Source of the DNA: Cyanophora paradoxa CCMP329
Lineage: Eukaryota > Plantae > Glaucophyta
DNA length: 64,000 nt
Assembly (NCBI GenBank): GCA_004431415.1
Contig: QPMI01000637.1
Span: 186,001 to 250,000, forward strand
Direction: 5' to 3'
Below the pieces are notes generated by a model. That model had not been told where the DNA came from and ran no database searches. It saw only the letters and a program-made list of their open reading frames with translations. Position numbers and translations under genes: made by a program. Below, in pieces: positions 51,901 through 60,191 of the stretch. The first letter of the stretch is position 1; the number at the start of each line of letters is the position of its first letter.

Positions 51901-53767
51901 GCATATGCATGCATGTATACGTAATTGTACGCTTTGCTTGCAATCGCTGCGCCAGGTGCATGCTCGAGCTCAGCCGCGCGCGCGGTGCGACTAATTTGTT
52001 CGCTCCAAATATATACTTTGATGCGGATCCCGGACCCGCTCCGCGCAATCCTTACTCTCGCAGACCTCGGCCGCCCGCTGTTTGCGGTCTGGAGGGAGCG
52101 CTGCCCCGTCGACGACCGCTGCGCGGTGCGTCCCGACGCGCGAGCTGCGCACGCCTTGCAGCAGCTTCAAGGCCCTGGAATTGAAGCTGCGCGCTCTCGG
52201 CCCGAGCCCACGGTCTCGCAGACGCTGCTCCTTGGCTGCCCCGCCGCCGATTTCACGACGTCCGTCCCCGTCGCGCTCGGTCTCGGGCCCGGCCTCTTCG
52301 TCTCCTGAGCGTCGGCTCTTTGCGTGGCGGCGCAGGGACGAGGCGCTGGGCTCGGGCCTCGCGCCCTTCGTCGCCTCCCTCCGCTCGGCGCTGGACGTGC
52401 CCTCGCCCTCGTCCGCGCCCCCGGCCGCCCTCCCCCGCTGCGACCTCGCCGCCCCGGAGCCCTACTGCCTCCTCTGCTGCCGCCGCGAGGTGCCCGGCTC
52501 CCGAGCACTCCCTCTCTAGATCTCCCGTTTGGCGTCCTAGCCTGCCCGCAGGACGCTTCGGAGGCGGCCAAGGTCGCGTCGGCGCTCTCCTTCCGGGGCC
52601 GCCGCTGCTGGGTCGACTGCGACCGCGAGGTGCACGTGGGACCCTCCTCTCAATCCCCCGCTCCGGCCCCCGGCGCCCCTTTCAGCTTCCATGCCTCCCT
52701 CATAGAACCTGCCTTTCGGCTTGTGGACGCTCACAGTCTCCCGTTCGCGCCCCGCGAAGGGGGACGCGATGGCGGCGGAGGAGGCGGAGGCGGAGCGCGC
52801 GCTCGCCGGCTGCGCCCTCTTCGTGCCCCTCCTCTCCCGGGACGCCCTGCGCGGCGGCTACCTCGCGGAGCGCACCGAGGCGCGCCCGCACGCGCAGCGC
52901 GTGCGTGTCTGTGTGTGTGCGCGCGCCTTCTGAGCCCCCGGCGGCTCCGAACGGCGCAGCGAGCGCGGGCGCTGGGGCGGGCGGTCCGCCCGCTGCTCCT
53001 ATTGCCGCTGGTGGTGCCGGCGGCGCTGGAGTATTCGCTCGCGGCGCAGCCCCTTCTCGCCCTCTTCGACAACGACGAGCCCCGCGCCGTTTTCGCGGTC
53101 CGAATAGTCATACAAAGAGCCCCCAGCACGCCCGCCTGCCTGCAGGCGTGGAATCCGGCTTGGACGGTTTTGACCGTGGGCGGTGCACCAGATCGCGGAC
53201 GAGGTGCTCAGGTCAACCGTATCGGCGGTGCCGTCGACGTCAGGAATATCGTATGAGGCGATTTCGAAGGCAAGAAATCGCACATTTGTAATTAGCAGTC
53301 GAGTTCCGGGCTCGAGCACCCTCCTTCTTGTCAGTCTGACATGGATGCAGGCGGGGCTGGGGGAGGAAGGGCACGGGGCGCCGGCCGCCGTTGTCGGTGC
53401 GGGCGGGGCTACTGCGGCGCCCGCCGCGCCAGCTGCGGGCGGTGCGCCGCAATCGGAGGAGGACGCCCTGAAGGCAGAGATCGCCCGACTGCGGGCCGAG
53501 CTCGAACAGCTGCAGGCCAGCAGATGCCCCACCCCTCGCGCCGTACCACACGTCCTCTCGCTTAGTAAACCCGGGCAGGCTGCGCGGGAGGCGCCGGCGG
53601 TGCCGCCACTAGATCTGATCCAGCCCGGACCCACTCCGCAGCCGCAGCCTCAGCCGCGCGGAGAATTGCAATTGGGTGCTGCGCGGGGGCATGCAAGGCC
53701 GCAAGGGATAGCCTCACCGCAGCGTGCAGATGCACGGTCATCGAGCTCTGTGTGCCTTATCATGTAG
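45997..53767 (+). CDS. Multi-exon ankyrin-repeat / TIR (intact catalytic Glu) / TIR-like / coiled-coil protein with C-terminal CaaX (CLIM)
   Basis: Starts MEKASFDVCARGEGWRTPLDAAADAGDVSTLR, followed by ankyrin repeats. Splicing exons at 51209-52125 gives DVFISYGHHPPEVARFTVQLRDQLQAAGVSCWLDESKPSGIEAGTEWREQIGAGIKAASAVVFVASKHSCNSDWCMLELSRARDLGRPLFAVW, a TIR_2-type domain with Glu at 51966-51968. A second TIR-like block (KVASALSFRGRRCWVD..ALAGCALFVPLLS) and EDALKAEIARLRAELEQLQA follow. The protein ends SSSVCLIM-TAG. Confidence 0.8.
47116..47571. repeat. Intronic C-rich low-complexity tract with an internal ~190-bp duplication
   Basis: Poly-C/CT/CA runs. CACCCACACACCCACACCTACACACCCTCACC and TTTCCTCTGT(G/C)CCTCTGCCCC each occur twice. 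Confidence 0.8.
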
Positions 53768-54082
53768 CTCAGCGCCGCGCGCCGCCCACTCGTACGTGTA
53801 TTTTAGTACGTATATGCATATATATAAGCTTACGGTATATACGAATGGCTCATAATTACGCGCCTCGGGGGCTGCGGTCTAAAATCTGGCCCCCATCTTC
53901 CCCCACCGCCCCCCCCCCCCCCCCCCCCCGCCCCGCCCTCACCCTGCTCATGGCCCTCACCCTGCTCATGGCCACCAGCTTCGATTCATGGCCGCCATTG
54001 CAGCGGCGGTAGCTGCAGGAAAAGGGTTGTAGAATTAAGTCTTAATTCGCTGATGGGACATCGCTCTCAATTGCAATGACGA

Positions 54083-56182
54083 TCACGGGCCGGGTGCATG
54101 CAGGGGAGGCATTAATATTGGCATCCTCGCGTACAGAGCTGCGGCATCGACTTGGGTCGCTGCAGCTGGCCGCCCTCCGAGGTCCGGGTGATCATGACCT
54201 GGCGGCAGCGCGCGGCCCTCCGGAGGGACCGTGGGGGATAATAAAGGGCCTGGAGGGCCCGGGGGCCGCCAGACCGACGCCGGCACCGGCGCCGGCCGCG
54301 GGGGCTGGCGCGCGGGGTCGGGGTTCGGGAATGGGGTCGGGTGAGAGGGGAACGCGGGCGGCCCGTGCGCGAGCTGCGTCGGATCGGGGCCGGCAGCAGC
54401 GCCGGCGCCGAGCACGTTGGCTTTGGATTAGGGGGGTAGGAGGTGCACGTTTTCGTGGGACAACCGGCGGGCGCTCGAGCAGAGCCCGTGACCGGATGCT
54501 GCCAACGGCCCCGGAGGCGCGAGCTCGAGAGGAGGGAGGGGCAGGCGGGGCGGGGGCAGCCAGAGCAGTGGAGGGCCGGCCACGAAGCTCTGCGGGGGGT
54601 AGGGGAGGGCCGCGGCCGGGCCAGCCTCGGGGGGCGACCCGAGCTGAGGCCGAGGATAGCCCGAGGGCGGCGGGAGCGCGATGGGGATGGGCCCCGGAGG
54701 CGCCGGGGAGGAAGCCATATGGGCCAGCGGGGGGGGAGGGCCGGAGCGGGAGGTGGGGCCCACGGCCAGGCCCAGGGAGGCAGCGACGCGCAGGGACTCT
54801 TCCTGGAATCGAGCGAGCTCCTCCCGGAGCTGCAGGCTGCGGGCGGCCAGCGAGGGCGCGTACTCCAGATTCAGAGCGCCGGGGCCATGCGCCCCTCTCC
54901 GCATCGATTCCATCGCGTCCAACTGCGCCCTGCAAAACGGAGCGACACGCAATCAGATCTAGAGCGAGCGGGGCGAGGCGGGCGGGCGGACGGGCGGGCT
55001 CTGTTAGCCGGGCTTCATGCCCCGCGCACCGGTAGGCGTGAAGTTCGCCAAGGGTACGAGAGCTCGCCTCGTGATCCGCGGCAGAGGAATGTTCCAGCGG
55101 CTGCGGCCACGTGCACTCGCCGACCGGGTCCAGCCGCAGGGACGGCCGCGGCGCGGGAGGCGGAGGGGGCCCGGTTGGCGCGCCAGGCGGCTTGTGTGGC
55201 GCGGCCCGCGCTGAGCCCGAGGGATGCGGGGCCACCAGGTAGGTTAGGGGAGGCGGAAGAACGGGTGTTTCAGGGGGCGAAAAGGATTGGAAAGGAACGG
55301 GGGGCGGGGGGAGGGGCGCTAGCGGCGGGACATGGGCCGCCTGGGTGGCAAGGGAGGAGCGGGCGCGCGGGCCCGGGGTCCAGGCCACCACCGCCGTGGC
55401 CGCCGGCACCGGGACGAGAAAGTCGACAGAGAGAGAGGGCAGCTGCGCGATGGACGCCGCCAGACCCGACAGCGGCCCCGTCGCCGCAGGAGGCAGCGCA
55501 AGCGGGGCCAGCGGGGATGGAAAGCGCGGCGTCGGCGGCCGCGGCGCCGGCGGGGATCCGGAGGCCGGCCCGTGAGGCGTCCCGTGAGGTGCGAAGAGCG
55601 GCTGCAGGCCGCTGATCGCGAGGGGAGCGCGGCTATCTCCAGATTCGGAACCCCGTGGACCTCCCCAGCTCGCCATGGATGGCGCCTGCGGCGGCCCGAG
55701 GCCGGCTCCGTCGCCGAACTCACGAGGATAGGCCTCGCCGCCGGCCGCGGGAAGCCGCCTGGTCTCCAGTGACGCCGGATGGTCCACTGCCGGGTTGCCA
55801 GGAGCGCAGAGCGCAGAAATGGACACCGATTTCGAATTCGCTCGCGCGAGGCGGGATTTGGAGCGCTGGCCGGTCGAAGCGGCCCAGCTGCAGGGGCCCG
55901 CGCGTGCATCTGTGCCGTACGCGTTGTTTGCGGCGGGAGATGGCCGCCCCGGCTGCGGCTCGGGCCCGTCCGATCCTCGCCTCAGCGGTCGACGTCGCGA
56001 CAAAGACGGGACGGCCTCCGGGTCCGCGAGACTCCTTTTGCGACGCTTGAATCTCTTCTCGTCCAAGGCAAGGCGCTGATTACCGGCATCCTGCGACGAA
56101 AAGGAAATAAGGAGGCAGGCGGTACTTCAGTCCGTTATCGCATATATAGAATAATATGTACAGTTCTATCTCTCCCGAGCAT
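54083..56182 (-). CDS. Pro/Ala/Gly-rich hypothetical protein (spliced) with a basic NLS-like motif and a short coiled coil
   Basis: Putative MLGRDRT|DAGNQRLALDEKRFKRRKRS, long open Pro-rich frames and LAARSLQLREELARFQEESLRV. No domain was recognised and both ends are uncertain. Confidence 0.45.
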
Positions 56183-56327
56183 CTCGACACGAAAGCCGCG
56201 GCGCTAGACGCACCGACATATATGTATATGCATCGACGGCTGTGGCACATGGCCATGGCTAGCTATAGCGCTGCACGGACCAGCACCGTGGCGGCACGCG
56301 TACGGTCTCACGCGTACGCGTACGATG

Positions 56328-56612
56328 CACACATAGTAAAATGCGGAGTTTTAACCCTCGGCTTATCTTAATTGATTTTGTTGATATATCTCGTATATTC
56401 TATTTCAATCAATCGATAATCTGTGTATATCTTATCGAATATTCAATTATTTCGATTATTTTGTATTCTTTTCGATATTTTATCGTAAATTTCTCTTATT
56501 TTCCGATTAGTCTTACTGAGTCTATCGATAATCTGTATATATTTCCGAATAATATAACTGAATCTCAATTAGATCTTGCCTCTGGTTAAAACTCCGCATT
56601 TTACTATGTGTG
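56328..56612. repeat. 285-nt imperfect hairpin with perfect 29-bp arms at the element boundary
   Basis: CACACATAGTAAAATGCGGAGTTTTAACC (56328-56356) and its exact reverse complement (56584-56612). Inner in-register pairs are GGC/GCC and TAATTGA/TCAATTA. Confidence 0.95.
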
Positions 56613-56865
56613 ATTGGTCTAAAAGTTAATTGATTTAATCGATATTATATTCATGTACTTTCTCGATTAAATTTAATTAAATTTAATTCATTTAATCGGA
56701 AATATATCGCTAAACTCGATTAAGATCCATAAAAGATTCATTTGTTAAATAAAACAAATCGATCTCTTATTGAATTCAATCGTAATTATACATGAAACTT
56801 ATATGTTTTTATCATTGTTTTATTGAGTCTAAGGGGGGACCCTTAGGAATTTAATGAATAATTGG

Positions 56866-56955
56866 GTGTCACAGGTGTCACAGGTCCATCCAAACTTTTG
56901 GAAATTCACTCTTTATAGGAGAAACTTTGGGATAGACCTGTGACACCTGTGACAC
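56866..56955. repeat. 21-bp perfect inverted repeat made of tandem GTGTCACAG units
   Basis: GTGTCACAGGTGTCACAGGTC (56866-56886) and GACCTGTGACACCTGTGACAC (56935-56955). Pairing continues imperfectly inward. Confidence 0.95.
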
Positions 56956-57302
56956 ATACCATATTCAGTAAGGACCTCATATATTGTTAAAATCTCAGTG
57001 TTAGTTGGTGTAGTTGATTCAAAAAATGCATTTTATACTCTGATTCATTGTTATTTCCTGTGAAATTTGAGTCAACTCAACCCACTTAGTCAACCCTTGC
57101 ATTGAATTCGTAACAAAAATCCATATACTATTACTACTTTTACGATTAATATGAGTCAACCTAGAGTCCACTTTAATATAAATATTATATAATAGGGGGG
57201 ATCAAGGGGAATGTTGAATTTTACTGTAATGAAATCGAACATTATTCCAATTACTTACAATAGAATTCTATCGTAAAAAATGTCCGGAATCCGGAAAATA
57301 AT

Positions 57303-57367
57303 CATTGTATAAAGCTACTGTAGTGAAAGGATATATTATATCTTTTTGTTACAGTAGCTTATCAATG
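57303..57367 (-). terminator. Long hairpin ~50-100 nt downstream of the last viral ORF; candidate transcript 3'-end signal
   Basis: AAGCTACTGTA (57312-57322) pairs with TACAGTAGCTT (57350-57360), enclosing AAAGGATATA/TATATCTTTT. The function is inferred from its position. Confidence 0.45.
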
Positions 57368-57417
57368 TTATTGTTAGAAAACAAAGGAATCCTTTAGAAA
57401 TTCATTATAGAAACCCA

Positions 57418-57816
57418 TCAAAACGGGAATCTATCATGTTTATGTCTCTCAGTCTTCTCAAATGTGAGGAAATTCATTGTTTTATCGATCTCATCTGCTA
57501 CTGATTGTGTTTTATGCTGAGCTTCTTTACCACAACTGAATATATCAATTGCTAACATGCCTTCATTGGAATAACAATGAGCTGTACAATGGCTTTCATC
57601 TAATAGCAGAACCAAAGCAAAACCAGGAGGTGATAGTTTGCCATCAAATATCTCACAATGTTTATGAACAATCCTAATACCTTGTCTCAATACTGCTTGT
57701 TCAAGGGTTCCCATAATCCAATTACCTAGGAAGCTTACATGTTCATGTCCTGTTGCAATAGCTGATTTAGCCTTGTAATCAAGCATAACATGAAAGCCTC
57801 TGTATTTAGTCTCCAT
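57418..57816 (-). CDS. speD: Pyruvoyl-dependent S-adenosylmethionine decarboxylase proenzyme (prokaryotic-type class I, SpeD/SpeH family)
   Basis: 132 aa with GFHVMLD at the N-terminus, PPGFALVLLLDESHCTAHCYSNEGMLAIDIFSCG (E|S self-cleavage motif ESH and the D-x-F-x-CG motif), and an R near the C-terminus. Confidence 0.9.
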   Translation of the reverse strand: METKYRGFHVMLDYKAKSAIATGHEHVSFLGNWIMGTLEQAVLRQGIRIVHKHCEIFDGKLSPPGFALVLLLDESHCTAHCYSNEGMLAIDIFSCGKEAQHKTQSVADEIDKTMNFLTFEKTERHKHDRFPF

Positions 57817-57845
57817 TAAGAATACCTTAGAAAAATGAATTAATC

Positions 57846-58118
57846 CTAATCGAACCTAATGCAAATATCCCTATATTCCACTGTGATTGATGAAGAAGCC
57901 CTTTTCCTGTAAGCCTGAGAATGTTTTTTGTTGCATTCCCTGCAACCTGATCCCTTCACATGATTAAAGGGATAGGTAAGGATCACCTTATTACACTGCA
58001 AACATCTAACAGATACTTTCTCTTGAGCTTTGATGTAATGTGTCTCACTGTAATCGAATTTATCTTTACCATGAACTGTCATAGCAGCATCAATAAACTT
58101 TTTTGTTTTACTATCCAT
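57846..58118 (-). CDS. Small DUF723-like zinc-ribbon protein
   Basis: KFIDAAMTVHGKDKFDYSETHY....VSVRCLQC....PFNHVKGSGCREC matches the repeat seen in phage and giant-virus homing-endonuclease-associated proteins. No nuclease domain is present. Confidence 0.7.
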   Translation of the reverse strand: MDSKTKKFIDAAMTVHGKDKFDYSETHYIKAQEKVSVRCLQCNKVILTYPFNHVKGSGCRECNKKHSQAYRKRASSSITVEYRDICIRFD

Positions 58119-58140
58119 ACTCTATATATAACCAATATTC

Positions 58141-58974
58141 TTATGGAGCAGTATCCTGCCCAAAAATGGGGAAATATCGATTTGTGCCATAATACTCAGC
58201 ATAGGTATTCTGCCTTGCAATAAAATCGGTTCTCTCAGCATATAATACACATTTGTATATACCAAACTTGGTGGCTCTCACTAAGAACTGATAATCTTCC
58301 AAACCGAAATTGACTCCATGATAAGCAATACCAAAATTATCATATGGGGTGATCACAACTGCAAAATTAGGAGTTCCACCCTCTACTTGACAAAGAGCAT
58401 AAACATCAGGTGGAATATCAACAACTACCTTATAGTGGTCACCAATCTCAACAAGAGAGTCTACTACTGCTGTTTGTTCATTCACAACAATTGGGAATAT
58501 CTTGATTATATAGGGGGCATTCATGCTGGGGACATAGGTTCGAATTCTTGTATTGGGATCAATGGGATTGGGTTGATCATTCACAAATAAAGGCGCTCCA
58601 ACAGCCCCACCAACCCTAAGACCATCACCAATATAAGCTCCCCCCGATTTGCAGTTAATAGCTCCAGACCTAGATTCAAAAGAATAAGTAGACAGAGGAT
58701 CTCCATAGCTATCTGGGTCTCCATAATGAGCAGAAAAGTTTGCATTGGTAACAAGTAGCTTAGTTGTCTTAACTAATCCATTATTTTTATCACATCTGAG
58801 TTCCTGCAATCTCAGTTTGTGGGTGGAACCAAAGGTGTTCATTGTAGGTTGGACCTCTGTGGATGGGAGACCCTCTACATCATCAAATGTAGCATGCTGC
58901 AGAACATGGTTTGCTGGGGCAGCTAATGATAGCTGTGGTGTAATAATTCGTTCAAGTGGGGGTTGCTCAGCCAT
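58141..58974 (-). CDS. Hypothetical viral protein, fibre/virion-like (paralog of 58998-59843)
   Basis: 277-aa ORF with ELRCDKNNGLVKTTKLLVTNANF, GAINCKSGGAYIGDGLRVGG and C-terminal LYAERTD. Confidence 0.75.
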   Translation of the reverse strand: MAEQPPLERIITPQLSLAAPANHVLQHATFDDVEGLPSTEVQPTMNTFGSTHKLRLQELRCDKNNGLVKTTKLLVTNANFSAHYGDPDSYGDPLSTYSFESRSGAINCKSGGAYIGDGLRVGGAVGAPLFVNDQPNPIDPNTRIRTYVPSMNAPYIIKIFPIVVNEQTAVVDSLVEIGDHYKVVVDIPPDVYALCQVEGGTPNFAVVITPYDNFGIAYHGVNFGLEDYQFLVRATKFGIYKCVLYAERTDFIARQNTYAEYYGTNRYFPIFGQDTAP

Positions 58975-58997
58975 TTTACATTAAAGGGATATATCTT

Positions 58998-59843
58998 TTA
59001 TGGGGTGGGTTCATCAATCACATCTGGCTCCATGTAAAACCCTGTAACTGAAAGAGTATCAGGAGTTACACCTCTAAGAGCTGATACAGCGGCTATATCT
59101 GTTCTCAAACCGATAAGAGTTATAGTATATAACCCAATATCTGTAACAAACAAGTCAAAGGTGAAATTATTATTATAAACACAGTAGCCATAACCGAAAT
59201 GATTATATCCCTGAACATTGAAATAGTATTTATGACCTACTTGATTGTTGTTGGCTCTACAAAGGGAAAGCATTGCAGATGGAATTGCAAGACCTCTCAG
59301 TACTCTTTTGGTTCCTTCAATTAATTCCGAGTTTTCAAGAGTAACAGTATATCCAATGTAAAATTGAATTAATGGCTGCTGTGCGACAGGAGTATATAAT
59401 CGAATTCGTTGGGGGTCTTCCACATTTTGCTCTAGAGTATCTGGGACATCATTATACGAAATGGAGGATGAGAGTTGACCTGAAACTCTGCAGCCACCCC
59501 CAATAAATGCTCCTCCTGATCTCACAGTAACAGCAGCAGTATTCTTATCGAAATCTAGGGCTTTCAGATCAACACTGTAAGCATCAGGACCTCCATTTGT
59601 AGGCTGGAAGAAGTTTGCATTAGTCACAAGAAGTCGAGTTGTTTTAACCACACCAGAATTCTTATCAGCTCTCAGCTCTTTAACTCGAATAATCGAATTC
59701 TTATCAAAGGAGTTGCCATTGGAATTGGGTCTCTCTGTGGATTCTAAACCACGAACCTCATCATTTACTTCATGCTGGCGAAAATGCATTGCAGGGGATC
59801 CAAGGGAATATATAGGCAGTTGAACTCGATTATATTCACCCAT
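58998..59843 (-). CDS. Hypothetical viral protein, fibre/virion-like (paralog of 58141-58974)
   Basis: 281-aa ORF with ELRADKNSGVVKTTRLLVTNANF, AAVTVRSGGAFIGGGCRVSG and LIGLRTD. Confidence 0.75.
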   Translation of the reverse strand: MGEYNRVQLPIYSLGSPAMHFRQHEVNDEVRGLESTERPNSNGNSFDKNSIIRVKELRADKNSGVVKTTRLLVTNANFFQPTNGGPDAYSVDLKALDFDKNTAAVTVRSGGAFIGGGCRVSGQLSSSISYNDVPDTLEQNVEDPQRIRLYTPVAQQPLIQFYIGYTVTLENSELIEGTKRVLRGLAIPSAMLSLCRANNNQVGHKYYFNVQGYNHFGYGYCVYNNNFTFDLFVTDIGLYTITLIGLRTDIAAVSALRGVTPDTLSVTGFYMEPDVIDEPTP

Positions 59844-59882
59844 TGCTTCTTTTACTAAGAAGGAAAGAAAAATAAACTACCA

Positions 59883-60188
59883 TCAAGCCAAAGTGATTAA
59901 ATTCGATCCAAGGGATTGGTAAACAGTTGAAAGAACTTGCAGGTTGGATGTCATTGCTTTAATGTTGTTGTCACACTCAGTGTATTTAGCAACAGGGTCA
60001 CCATATGCAGCTTGAGCAAGGACATTAACCAAGAGGTTTTTATACTCATTTACAACTGGCGAGAGCTTGTTAGTTTGCTGAATCGTTTTTTCAACTGTTT
60101 GTAATGCGTTTACAAGGGTGATTGTATCAAAAGAAAGCGCAACTGGCTCAGTAGAAAAGGTGGTTCCACCAAGAGGATAGGTCGCCAT
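59883..60188 (-). CDS. Hypothetical 101-aa helical viral protein
   Basis: The ATG directly follows the upstream gene's TAA TAA, and the ORF fills the gap in the gene string. Confidence 0.7.
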   Translation of the reverse strand: MATYPLGGTTFSTEPVALSFDTITLVNALQTVEKTIQQTNKLSPVVNEYKNLLVNVLAQAAYGDPVAKYTECDNNIKAMTSNLQVLSTVYQSLGSNLITLA

Positions 60189-60191
60189 TTA

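Noticed and set aside
249-56066. Hundreds of overlapping Arg/Ala/Pro/Gly-rich ORFs on both strands
   Set aside because: These are stop-poor shadows of high-GC spliced genes. The real coding frames are exon fragments.
56341-56589. 82-aa hydrophobic ORF
   Set aside because: It lies inside the terminal hairpin, and its I/F/Y richness just reflects AT content.
56328-56612. Stand-alone MITE
   Set aside because: No TSD is seen (flanks ACGATG / ATTGGT), AT-rich DNA continues to the right, and the interior also pairs in register. Not fully excluded.
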